Source of the DNA: Podarcis filfolensis
Taxonomy: Eukaryota
Strand: one strand, 5' to 3'
DNA length: 64,000 nucleotides
Assembly: GCA_964270895.1 (NCBI GenBank)
Contig: OZ185437.1
Shown here one piece after another: positions 51,127-62,148 of the stretch. A model generated the notes under the pieces. That model had not been told where the DNA came from. It saw nothing but the letters and a program-made list of their open reading frames with translations, and did not search any database. Made by a program: the position numbers and the translations under genes. Position 1 is the first letter of the stretch, and the number at the start of each line of letters is the position of its first letter.

Positions 51127-53796
51127 GGGTAGGAAGGAAGCTGCCCAGGTGCAGCGTTGCACCCAGCTCCCAAGGGCTGTTACTCTACTCCTGAGGTTGA
51201 AAGGAGGACCGTCATGGGACTCCTTCCCAGGAATTCCAGGCCATTTTTATATATTTATTGTCTTTTTTAATGCACACTAAGAACGGAGGCAGCTCTCCTG
51301 CTACAGCACCAGGGCAAAACACTCGGGTTCCCACCAGCACAGGTGCTTTGTGTCCACAGCTCAGTTTACACTCATGCCCTTCCTTCCACAGCTCAGTTCT
51401 GCCTTCACACTCCGATTCCTTCCTGCTAACATCCCATCCCACTGTTGGTTCTGAGTTACGCCCCTGCGGCACCTCAAGCCTCTATTCCTACGTGCCAAGA
51501 AGTAGGAACACGCTGTCCCTGTTTTCCTCGTGTGAATCTTCCCCCAAGTGAAGGCTGCGGGTGAGGTGTGACGGCTTCCGTTAGGTGGGCGTCCCCAGAT
51601 GTGTGAGCTTCGCTGCTTTCTTTTCCTGCATTCTGCTACGTGGATGTGCGCTGGCATGAATAGGTGGGACGATGCTCAGAGGCCACCTCCAGAGTTCCCT
51701 TGCTTCCTGAACCCAGCATGGTTACTCGTTGGGAGGAGCGCCACTCGGGAGCCTGCCAGAATGGGCCTTGGAGCTTCCCTGCTCCAACCAGCCAGCAAAA
51801 TGGAGGCTGGTCCATTTGCCATAATGGGTTCGGCTGTGTGTGACTGTCATGTCGGCTCTTTCTTGGGTGGTCTGTGTCTCATTTGAATGACGTGAAGCTA
51901 TGTGTTCCTTGACTTGCTTTCTTATAGGTCTTTGTCTTTTGAAATGTGCTTACCTCTTCCTTTTGTGAACGAGCAAAGAATGTGCAGGGATGGGGTAGGG
52001 AGGATTGGTCAGAGAGCATCTGCTCTGCAAGAAGTGGCTCATCTCATTGTCACTGTTGCCCTATGGCCACCACCAGCTGAGGAGTTGCTAAAGCCTAAGC
52101 AATGCGGCCATCTTGCCTCTGTAGGACCATCCTGTTTGCCCCTTGGAGAGATGGTGAGTGAGGATGAGCATCCTATCGGGGCTGTGATCCAAATCGACAC
52201 TAGTGCCTTCCCAAGGCCTTAGGCAAGGTCTGATATTCCCCCTCCCCTACTTGCTTTGTTTTTTTGTATGTATTCAGTGTTGTATTTTTTTTTCTCCCTT
52301 TGCAGTATGTTTCTGTGTTTTGTGTATATCTGTGCACGCACCTGGGGAGGAAAAGGTTGCCAGTGTTAGGAATTTTTCACTGAATGATCACGTTCCATAG
52401 ACGCTGTTTCCTAGCCTGCCCTTGGTGCAACCAGTGCAATCGTCAAGAAAACAGTGAGAAGACTAGGCTGCTGAGCTTGGTTGCACTGCCAGCTGCTTAT
52501 GTCCGAATGGAGTCTGTGATCTTCTGCTGGAGAGTACCCTAAAGCCTTTCTTCTCAGCACAGGGAGTCTTGTCCCTTGCAAACACCAGCAAAGCAGCTGC
52601 AAGCTGCTCAGAAAACCCACTCATAGCCCTGCAGGACCAAGAACTTTCCCCAAAACCTTCCAGTATCCATTGGATGGCTGCCATGGCCTATCTTGTGTTG
52701 ATCTGCTTGCCTTTTGTGCTGTCCCCTGCTGCCTCCCTTTAGACCTAACCAAGGTCTGCTGTGTGTTAATTGTGGAGCAGTCTGGCCATAGCTAACTTTT
52801 TGATGTGGCCTTCTTCACTGGCCACTTCTCTTGCTGATAAGCTGCTGGCGGTTGCATCCCAGCATTGGGGTGTGACTCAGTATTTTCAGTTTAGCTATGC
52901 TAATAAATTGGTGCTAAATATGGACACCCTACATTTTGCCTATGCGGCACTTAACCCATAATGATCTGACTTCTACAGCTGCCAGCTGCTTGCTTTGCTC
53001 AGCCACTCTCCTCCTTCAACCCTTGATTTCTTGGAATTTCCTTTGCTCTTCAAAAGGTAGAACCCAAGTTGCCACATGTTCCTGCTCCAGCACTGCAGTG
53101 TTCTCTTTCTCGCTGCAAAGGCTGCTGGACATGGGAAGGCTCTGGGGCTTCCTGGTGACCTCTTGTTTGTGGTCAGTATTGGACAGACATGGTGCTGGGT
53201 GAAGCCTATCCCATAGAATCTGGGCCCTTCTCTTGACTTGGCAAAAATGGAACTGATTTTAGCACATCCCACCGAGACGATTTTTTAGTCTGGAGCCCAG
53301 GCCTCTTTTCTGTGGCTGGGCTGCACAACTGCACATAAGGCAATCTGAAACTGTCACAATTGCAGCCACCAAACGGACAATTCCAAGCAGTCACTACGAT
53401 GTTGATTGAGACCAATGTCCACTTCCTTTAATTCTGTTGTATTAAAGGTTGGGAGGAGGGAAGAGAAAGGAGATCATTCTCGAGTGCAACCTAACCGTGC
53501 CATTTATTTCACATGGGTCTGGGTGGCAGCGAAAACCTGCAGGAGAATTGAGGATCAGGTCTGTGTTAGTCCTGCTGCTGCAGCCTTCCTTCCAGAGCTC
53601 CTTTTGTGCAGTCCTGCATCTCAGCCCTTTGCATCCTTCTCCTCTCTGGCAGTATTATGAATTCTCTCTCGGGGAGCTTGAGTTGCCTTCTTTGGCTGCC
53701 CCGTATTTTACAATGTCCCAACTCAAGACTGTTAATCTGCGACTAATGTGTTTTTTCTGAGATTTTCAAACTGATGATGTATATTTTAAAGCCAGA

Positions 53797-53802
53797 AATA
53801 AA
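53797..53802 (+). terminator. Candidate TJAP1 polyadenylation signal AATAAA (alternatives: AATAAA 52902, ATTAAA 53441)
   Basis: Hexamer in AT-rich context followed by GT-containing sequence; actual usage unknown. Confidence 0.35.
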
Positions 53803-54743
53803 CTATTTTAAAAGTACGTCTGAAGCTGACCGTTGTGCTGCTAGGAGCTGAAAGGGGAGCACAGGAAACCACAGAAACGGAAATATTTTTAGGGTATTCA
53901 GTTTTTTGACCTGCGGCTCTGCATGGCTGCAAGCAAAGGGTCTTCCCTTTCATTCTTTTAAACTCAGGGTTGGTGAGCCTGTGGTCCGGACACTGTAGGA
54001 TGAAAATTCCCATCAGCCCTTACTATTGGCCATGTTTCCTGGGGCTAATGAGAATTGGAATTTCAGCAACATGCAGAGAAGGCCCCAGATCCTTGCTTTA
54101 ATTTGAGATGCATGGGATTGAATCTTGAACCCTTCTGCAGGCACAATGTGTGCTGCGTCCATGATCTACGGCCCTCCTTGTAAAGGTACACCCAGACTTT
54201 ATTGGTCTTCTCAATGGGTCACGTGCAACTGGTTGTGCTAGCGGAAGCCAGCACATGGACTCCTGCTAGCTGTGAATATCTTCCCACGCTTGCAATACTC
54301 TGCCCCACCCTCAAGTCTTTTTGTGCAGGTTTAGGGGATACACAAGGGCAGAAGAGGGTGAGCTTGCCTTCCCAAGGAAAAACATGGCACTGATGGAGCT
54401 ATGTTGAATATAAGCCATTGTCATGACTGTTTTTACACTGCCAATTTGCTTCTGGATCTTTTAGCAACTGTGCTACTAATGTAGGGTTTGTATTTGGACC
54501 TCTGTAGGATAGAAAGCAACCTCTTGCTATATGACGAGGCATCTGCCTCTGTAAAATGGATTGTCCACTTTCACGACATAATGTCTCTATTCCCTCACCC
54601 CCGTTTATGTAGCTGTCCCATAAATCATGCGGTCTGTGGCAGCCACAATATCCTAATTAGAAGCTGCATGGCACTGCTGCCTCCTGGTGGTTCTCTTGGC
54701 TTTTGTGATTGACACAGAGAAAATAATTTATTGGTTTTGTTTG

Positions 54744-54893
54744 TGTGGGGCTAGGAAAATAGTCCAAAGCAAAACAGAGTCCTGCTGTCCCTAGAATCCT
54801 GCATGGAAACAACAGCGCTGTGGGGCTAGGAAAATAGTCCAAAGCAAAACAGAGTCCTGCTGTCCCTAGAATCCTGCATGGAAACAACAGCGC
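54744..54893. repeat. Perfect 75-bp tandem duplication
   Basis: 54744-54818 is identical to 54819-54893. Confidence 0.95.
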
Positions 54894-54980
54894 CGCTGTG
54901 AACTCTTAGGAGGAGGAATGGGTACCATTGTAACAAAACACATTTCCACAAACTGCCTTACATGGCTGAGGCCTTACGTC

Positions 54981-55112
54981 ACAGATGGAGAACTTGTGGC
55001 TCTCCAGATGTTATTAGACTGCAGCTACCATTAGCCCCAGCCAGTATGGCCAGTGGTTGGAGGTGGTGGGAGCTGTAGTAGTCAACAATTGCTGGAGGGC
55101 CACAGTTCCCAA
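54981..55112. mobile_element. Degenerate palindromic hAT-type MITE
   Basis: gaacttgtggctctccagatg...ctggagggccacagttccc; same family as 41888. A further degraded copy lies at about 53964-54090. Confidence 0.6.
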
Positions 55113-55697
55113 CAGGAGAACAGGAGGTATTTCCTGTTGCCCCATTTTGCAGCCCTTGTGCATACTATTCCACAACAGTTTACCCGCAGTGAAGTGGCTG
55201 TTTACACAAAAAAGAAGCAAGGTCAGTAGTTGTCCTCATATAGCACTTTGGGGTTTGCTTGAAGTTGGGTTTGTGTGCTTAGAATTACACATATCTTCAA
55301 ATGTAAAAATGGAGCAGATTCTGAACAACAGCAGAGCCAATGCTCATTGCCTTAGATCTTGCTTGTCACTGGATTGCAGAGCGGTATAAACATCACAACC
55401 AGACCAATTTAGTCCTCTGAGAGGGTTGAATGAGAGGTGCTTGTGTGCATAGATTGATAGGGATGTGGCCACCTCCACTGCTGGCATATGGCCCAAATTA
55501 TTACCTTCAAGGTAATGCAGCCTTCTGAAATTAGGGGTACTTCAATAGCACCCAAAGTGTGCACTCTGTCCCTATAGGATTTTTTTCTCCTGGGTATTTC
55601 TGGTAGCACCTGTGACTGCCTTGAGTGTCTTAGTACAGTCGTTATGGAACTCAAGGGCATTCACTCCAACTTATTTGGGGAAAATAATTATTTAGGC

Positions 55698-56028
55698 CAG
55701 GGGTCAGCAACCTTTTTCAGCCGTGGGCTGGTCTACTGTCCCTCAGACCTTGTGGTAGGCTGGGCTATATTTTTTTTTTTTGGGGGGGGGGAAATGAACG
55801 AATTCCTATGCCCCACAAATAACCCAGAGATGCATTTTAAATAAAAGCACACATTCTACTCATGTCAAAACACCAGGCAGGCCCCACAAATAATCCAGAG
55901 ATGCATTTTAAATAAAAGGACACATTCTACTCATGTAAAAACACACTGATTCCCGGACTGTCAGCGGGCCAGACTGAGAAGGCGATTGGGCCGCATCCGG
56001 CCCATGGACCTTAGGTTGCCTACCCCTG
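55698..56028. mobile_element. hAT-type MITE with internal 64-bp duplication
   Basis: TIRs caggggtcagcaacct / aggttgcctacccctg; perfect 8-bp TSD atttaggc. Confidence 0.9.
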
Positions 56029-56220
56029 ATTTAGGCTATATAAGGCCTGGTTCACAGGAGCCTTCTGCTAACAGAAATCAGCTTTCTCTTTGTGGGGGTT
56101 TTAGACTTAATTATCAAGTGCTGAGTTGCTTTCTCAGCCCATTAGAGGCAGCGCAACAAAAAATGCGTTACTATAAGGTTGCATTGTCTTTGTCACAATG
56201 CAACCTCATAGTAATGCATT

Positions 56221-56297
56221 GAAGACTGGAGTGCCTGGCGTGCTCTGGTCCATGGGGTCACGAAGAGTTGGACACGACGAAACGACTAAAGAACAAC
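56221..56297 (+). mobile_element. BovB (RTE) extreme 3' fragment
   Basis: gcctggcgtgctctggtccatggggtcacgaagagttggacacgac...aaagaacaac; 12-bp TSD taaggttgcatt at 56174-56185 and 56299-56310. Confidence 0.85.
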
Positions 56298-56852
56298 GTA
56301 AGGTTGCATTATTTCCCTTAGTGAAGCTGCCTTGCTGATGTGTAGTTAGAAAGGAAAGAGCCTCATGGCCACAACTGGGCCATTTCTGTGAACTTTATAT
56401 AAAATTCTACTTAAGACATAGGTACAAGCAATAAAAAGTATCTGTTATACATAAATATACACATCTGAATAAATACAGCCTCCCGCAAAGATTAGTCAAG
56501 AATGGATGGTGCGACCTAAGAATACAGCAACTGGACAATCACAAGCAACTGACAAGTTGTGTGACACAGACATCGAGATTAACTTGGGTCACGTCCCAGT
56601 GTGGAGCTAAAAGTGACTTCAGTAAGACACAGTGTGTGGATCTGCACTCAGGGCAGGCGCAGCAATTACACATAGACATTAGGCTTTCACACCCATCTGT
56701 TTGCCTAGTGCATACACTCACTTGCAAACACACAAGCACAGTACACATTCACACATGATATATGTGTGAATGCACTTTTTTTTTTAAATAAACACAGTCT
56801 TTCCACATACATGGAAATGATGTTCTCATCAGAGGCAATGGGAGTTTCCTTT

Positions 56853-56923
56853 TCACATCTCTGTTTCTGCTAGAAGACTTTCTCCAAGGCCCGAAGTTAC
56901 CAAGACCATCTGGGAACTAGAAT
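56853..56923 (-). CDS. LRRC73: LRRC73 terminal coding exon (SSSQMVLVTSGLGESLLAETEM-stop)
   Basis: tttcgcAG acceptor on minus, phase 1; matches recalled human C-terminus SQMVLMTSGLGDSLLAETEM. Not in the supplied ORF track. Confidence 0.93.
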
Positions 56924-57699
56924 CTGCGAAATGGAGAAAAGGTGGTTTTAGCCGATGAACAGGATTTGGAGGGGGACAACCGTGATTTGTAGCTGGATCC
57001 TAAGCACAGGGCTAGGAAGACTATTATAAAGGAGAACATGAAACGTTAAGTACAATTCAAGAAAGCACCAGCTTGAGTACTCCTGAAGTGAAGCAATTGG
57101 CAATTAAATAGATTCATTTTATGCCTAAAGTGTATAGCACAATACTAACCATGTCTACGCAGAAGTGTCTCTTACTGAATTCAGTGGGGCTTACTCCCAG
57201 ATAAGTGGGATTACAATTGTAGCTGCAAACCATGACCACATAGAGTCCCATCCCCTCCCTTCCTCCCCAACTCCATGGATTCCTATGTGCTGTTTCCGCA
57301 GACAGGCTGTGTGGTTCCACTAGTCTTCCTTAACCTAGTGCCCTCCCTGTTTCCAGTATCTGCCAGTTTGGTTAATGGTCAAGGATGATGAAAGTTCAAA
57401 TAATCACCAGGTTGGGGAAGGTAAGGGCTACACAAGCAGGCAGCTCCTCTGTTGTAATTATTGGGCTCCAAGTGCAGTATCAGAACACCTAATAGGATGT
57501 GCTGCGCTTGATTTGAAGTCTGCACACAACAAAGTTTCCTTTTCCAAAATACACAGTTAAAAAGGAGGCCTGCTAATGTGAAGCTGGATTAAACTCTGTG
57601 CTTAGGCATCCACTGTTAACTTGCTCTAGTATTTTCCTTTAACTCCTGTAATATGGAGACAACGGTAGCTCTCCGCTTGATAGGCACATGAGATGTGCT

Positions 57700-58060
57700 T
57701 AATAATAATAATAATTTATTATTTATACCCCGCCCATCTGGCTGGGTTTCCCCAGCCACTCTGGGCAGCTTCCAACAAAACACTAAAATAAAATAACCTA
57801 TTAAACATTAAAAGCTTCCCTAAAAAGGGCTGCCTTCAGATGTCTTCTAAAAGTTTGGTAGTTATTTTTCTCTTTGACATCTGGTGGGAGGGTGTTCCAC
57901 AGGGCAGGTACCACTACCGAGAAGGCCCTCTGCCTGGTTCCCTGTAATTTGGCTTCTCGCAGCGAGGGAACCACCAGAAGGCCCTCGGCACTGGACCTCA
58001 GTGTCCAGGCAGAACGATGGAGGTGGAGACGCTCCTTCAGGTATACTGGACCGAAGTTTC
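57700..58060 (-). mobile_element. Young L2 3' fragment with (TAT)n tail
   Basis: Plus strand tttataccccgcccatctggctggg...gggagggtgttccacagggcagg...gagaaggccct is the reverse of an L2-type 3' end. Confidence 0.75.
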
Positions 58061-58326
58061 CATTTAAGGCTTTCCCCTATAATTACACAAAAGAACCCAA
58101 ATAGGATATACCAGACTTTGGTTTTTGTTCAAACAGATTACCACCCCTTCATAAGCCAATTTGTAGATTTTTAGAAAAGCATTAGCGGCTGGACTGCATT
58201 TCAGTTTAGTGCTGCCAGTGCATTTGTGCCGAGGACTAGATTTCATAGTGTAGGAAAGTGTTTTCATCCCTAACTAAGCTCTATTCTAATATCAATACTG
58301 GGACAAAAGTATATGCTTCTGTGTGT

Positions 58327-58458
58327 GCATTTTAGCTCAGCTGGTAGAGCATGAGATTCTTAATCTCAGGGTTGTGGATTCGAGACTGACATTGGGGCGG
58401 GGTTTGGACTAGATGACTCTCATGGTCCCTTCCAACCCTATGATTCTATGATGCTATG
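58327..58458 (+). mobile_element. tRNA-Lys-derived SINE with CR1 tail (Squam3-like)
   Basis: tagctcagctggtagagcatgagattcttaatctcagg head joined to tttggactagatga...cccttccaaccctatgattctatga. Confidence 0.8.
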
Positions 58459-58601
58459 AAATACCAGTACTGAAATTTTGTGACCTTCAATTTTTTGAGG
58501 GCCTGAATGTCATGGTTTCCCATGGTCAGCCTCCCCCTTCCAGCTTCACCTCCCCCCCCCATCTTCCTCTTCCTCCTCAATGGAGGCCCCAGCAGACTTA
58601 C

Positions 58602-58785
58602 TGCTCTGGCAGATCCAGTTGTTCTTCTCTCTTGCCATGACTTCACGAGTCTCCGTCTCGTCGTCTTCCTCACCCTCAGAAAGAAGGTCAGAGATCTGCT
58701 GTTGAAGTTCAGGGCTGATGTTGTTCTCTGCCAGGATCAGCGTCCGCAAAGCTGTCGGGTAGTTTTCCACCATATCCAGCAAGAT
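58602..58785 (-). CDS. LRRC73: LRRC73 coding exon, 184 nt (ILLDMVENYPTALRTLILAENNISPELQQQISDLLSEGEEDD...WICQS)
   Basis: gttcAG acceptor, GTAAGT donor, phase 0 to 1; matches human LLDMVENYPTALRSLVLAENSISPELQQQI. Confidence 0.95.
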
Positions 58786-59016
58786 CTGAACAGAACAAGA
58801 GTCGAGAGGCTGGTTGGTAAGCAACTCAGCTTAGAGGCAAGAGAACCAAGGAAGAAGAGTGCAAAGGGGCTCCAGTCTTCCTGACAAACTGCCCCTGAGA
58901 CAGGGCATTTGGGGAAAGAGTGCATTTGGGGAAGATAAAAGCAGACGAAACTAGTCTGCCCACTTCCATGACTTAGAAGGCGAATGGAAGGCGGCAAAGG
59001 ACCATGTCCTCCTTAC

Positions 59017-59117
59017 CAAGGCTGATTGGTTGGTGAGTCCCGTTCCTTCCAAGTCCAAAACCTCGAGGGTGCGGCTGGACGCCACAGAAACTGCCAGCAT
59101 TCCTGCTATTTGGTCAC
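59017..59117 (-). CDS. LRRC73: LRRC73 coding exon, 101 nt (DQIAGMLAVSVASSRTLEVLDLEGTGLTNQSAL)
   Basis: ctAG acceptor, GTAAGG donor, phase 1 to 0; leucine-rich repeat matching human. Not in the supplied ORF track. Confidence 0.95.
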
Positions 59118-59783
59118 CTAGACGGTAGAAAGTCAGGAGATGTTAGAAGACCTCACAGAGGCCATGTTGCATGCAGCCATTCCAGGAGTGGCAGAATTTG
59201 TTGGGCAGTACAACAACCTCAACTCTACCAGCACTTCCCCACCCCCAAAATGGCACTTGTTTAATAACGCCACAGATGCATTCAACAGGTGCAGTTTTCT
59301 AATCTCACTCAAAGGTGCTGCACCTGTTTAATGTCTGCCTGTTAAAGGCACAGACACTGAGGAAGAGTGATCACTTTATGCATCTGTTTTGCTGCTGCTG
59401 CTGCTTTTCTTTCTCTTAAATTGGCCAAGGGGAAAAAACGGTACCTCTGCGCCTGGGGCAGCAGCACATAACCTCTAGGTGAGCTTAGTCTTAATTAGAA
59501 GGAATTGCTTCTGGGTCAGAGAAGAAGCCTTCTGCCAGGCTTTAAGGCCTGAGCACCTCTCATTTTGCAGGGTAAACCCTGACAGCGGAAAGGCAGAAAG
59601 AAGAAAGGCCTCGCCCAGTTTTGAAAGGGCAGGATTAGGTGGGGCGTGCTGAGGAGCTTCTCACATTTGCTTCCCTGAGGCAGGAGGGATGGGGAGAGGA
59701 GAGAGCTGCCTGGTCTAGTCTCTTCTCTCACCAGCTGCCAATTCTGCTCAGGCAGCGCAGCTGCAGAGAGAGGGAGAGAGGCG

Positions 59784-59797
59784 GTTTCCATGGTAAC
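59784..59797. promoter_or_regulatory. RFX X-box GTTTCCATGGTAAC in an LRRC73 intron
   Basis: Full two-half-site match to the RFX consensus; binding untested. Confidence 0.55.
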
Positions 59798-60330
59798 CAC
59801 TGCTGGGGCTCCTCTCCTCTTTACTGTATTTGGAAGAAGATGAGGAGGCAAGGGCGGGGGAAGAAGCATGGTCTGACTCCCAAGCCCAGTGGCAGCAGCC
59901 TACGTGGGGCTGCAAAGATAACTTTCGGAGGACGGGTACTGCCACACTGTACACAGGAAGAGGAAGTGCACATAACCTAAGGCCTGTATGGCGGGCTGCT
60001 CTTCAGGCCTCCTCAGCTTGGAAGCAAGTCTCATCCCTTGCAGAACATGGTAGGCCGCCATCTTATATTCTCCCAGGCCCAGGCTGGCAATTGTCGGTTT
60101 CATTTCGTATTTTGAATGGCCAGGTTCTTTAATAGCCTATTGCCTAGGCCTTTTTAAAAAGAAAAAAAAGCACAAAGGTGGTAACTCTATTCCAGACAAA
60201 GGGGACACTAGTTTACACACATATGCAAACTATGTCAGGAAAAGAAAGGGGCTGTAGTTCAAGGACAGATCACACAGGCTGGGAAACATTCCAGTCTGAA
60301 ATCCTGGAGAGCTGCTACCTAAGTGCAGAC

Positions 60331-60467
60331 CAGGTGGATGGAGCACCTCTCTGCCCCTTCAGGTGCCTCTGGACTACAACTCCCATAATCCCTTACCATC
60401 AGCCATGTTGGGTGGGCTGATAGGAGTGGAAGTCCAACTTCTGGAGGGTGGCAGATTCTCATTCTTG
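60331..60467. mobile_element. Palindromic hAT-type MITE (family of 41888)
   Basis: ggactacaactcccataatcc core; 8-bp TSD gtgcagac / gtgcagat. Another degraded copy lies at about 62918-63042. Confidence 0.7.
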
Positions 60468-60544
60468 GTGCAGATCGCGATGGACCGTGATCTGACTCAG
60501 TAAAAAGCAACTTCCTATGTTACCTAACCATGAAGACACAATGG

Positions 60545-60705
60545 CCTTCTGTGGATGCCAGCTGCCAGTCATTCAGCAACTTCCAAATTGGACCACTGTA
60601 AGGCACTCTATGTGAGGCAGGCCTTTAAAACTGTCCAGAACCTGCAAACAGTGCAAAATACTGCAGCCAGGGTGCTGACAGGTGCAGTGGTGGACTTGGG
60701 TACTA
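60545..60705 (+). mobile_element. L2 fragment; the element resumes at about 61120-61330
   Basis: SKLDHCKALY...NLQTVQNTAARVLTG is typical of L2 ORF2. Confidence 0.7.
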
Positions 60706-61525
60706 CTATTATGGTAGCCTGTGTGCCACCCTCATGTTGCATTCCCAAAGGCAAGTGAGGAGGAGCCCAGCTTTGAGAAGGAGGTGCGAGGGCTCTGGCA
60801 AGGTCCAAAACCCTCCCACCTCCTTCCCAAAGCTGGGAAAGTGCTAACTAGGCTTTAGGATGGGGCGGGGGCACAAGACCCTAGGACTCTCTCAGAGCCC
60901 TCATGCCTCCTTCCCAAAGCCCAATGCCTTTGAGAGGGCGCCCCCCCCATCAGCTCAGCACCCAGTGTGTGCACTTCTGACCCAGCCCTAAATCCGCCCG
61001 ACAGGTGTTTGGTGATTTGATTCCACCATATTGGTTTTCTGTTATCAGAAACTAATCGCTGCTGATTAGTTTCAAGCTTGATTCAAGGTGCTAGGGTTGG
61101 TTTTAAAAACCCTTAAACAGCTTTGGACCTAGGAGCTGCCTCAACCTCAAGAGGCGAGGCTGCTTTAAACCAGGGTCAGGACCTTCTCTGCTTTGGCACC
61201 CAACTATGTGGAATGCTTTGCCAAGTAAGATGTGCTGGGCCCCGTCATAATACTGCACTTGCAGGCATAGCTTTTGACTGATTCATTCATTTTCTGGTAG
61301 CCTAGCATGATGGTTGTTTTGGAAACGTTAAATTAGCTTTGTGTTTATTTTCAGAGAGTGTGTGTAATATTGGAATGGATACTTGTTTCACAGTGTTTTG
61401 TTATCTGCTCTGTTTGCCGCCTCAAGAAATTAAAAAAAATACATAAAATAATGAAGAGAAAGGGCCGAGCTGGATTGTGATTGGACTTGTCCTAGATGTG
61501 GGCTCTTTAACTATCATTAACCAAG

Positions 61526-61655
61526 NNNNNNNNNNNNNNNNNNNNNNNNNNNNNNNNNNNNNNNNNNNNNNNNNNNNNNNNNNNNNNNNNNNNNNNNNNN
61601 NNNNNNNNNNNNNNNNNNNNNNNNNNNNNNNNNNNNNNNNNNNNNNNNNNNNNNN
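61526..61655. other. Assembly gap (130 N)
   Basis: Run of N directly visible. Confidence 0.99.
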
Positions 61656-61679
61656 GCACGATATCCATGCTCCTCTCAC

Positions 61680-61802
61680 CCAGTGGGTTGTAGTCCAAGT
61701 TCAACACTCGCACCTGGGAACTATGAGCCACTGCAATAGCCAGGCGCCCCCATCCTTTGGCTGTGATGCCAGGGTTAGCACTGAGAGTCAACTCCTTCAA
61801 AC
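61680..61802 (-). CDS. LRRC73: LRRC73 coding exon, 123 nt (LKELTLSANPGITAKGWGRLAIAVAHSSQVRVLNLDYNPL)
   Basis: ttAG acceptor, GTGAGA donor, phase 1 to 1; near-identical to recalled human sequence. Confidence 0.96.
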
Positions 61803-61966
61803 CTAAGGGAAGCCAAGTGAGTTTACACAGTCACAAGATCTCACTCTTGTATTCAGGATTATAATCAACTGCATATATACTGCCCTTTCCTTCTCCCTGC
61901 AGAATCATGGGTGTGGATTAAAATCTCCACTCCGCATTTTAAATTTGCTTTAAAATACTACTACTA

Positions 61967-62148
61967 CAGTAATACCTCATGTTATGGACGCTTCAGGTTA
62001 CGTCTTTTCAGGTTGTGTCCCGCAGCGACCCAGAAGTACCGGAAAGGGTTACTTCCAGGTTTTGCCGCTCGTGCATGCGCAGATACAGCACTTCAGGTTG
62101 TGAACAGGCCTTCGGAACAGATCCCGTTTGCAACCAGAGGTACCACTG
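61967..62148. mobile_element. Tc1/mariner-type MITE, family B (shorter variant), inside a (CTA)n tract
   Basis: TA|cagtaatacctc...gaggtaccactg|TA; (CTA)n continues to about 62189. Confidence 0.85.

Noticed and set aside
49744-51162. Minus-strand ORFs of 233, 133 and 166 aa
   Set aside because: Shadow frames of the TJAP1 terminal exon.
58327-58400. tRNA-Lys-like sequence as a tRNA gene
   Set aside because: Acceptor stem and T-arm are degraded and it is fused to a CR1 tail, so it is a SINE head.
61422-61806. ORFs spanning the N run
   Set aside because: Artefacts of translating through an assembly gap; only 61680-61802 is a real exon.
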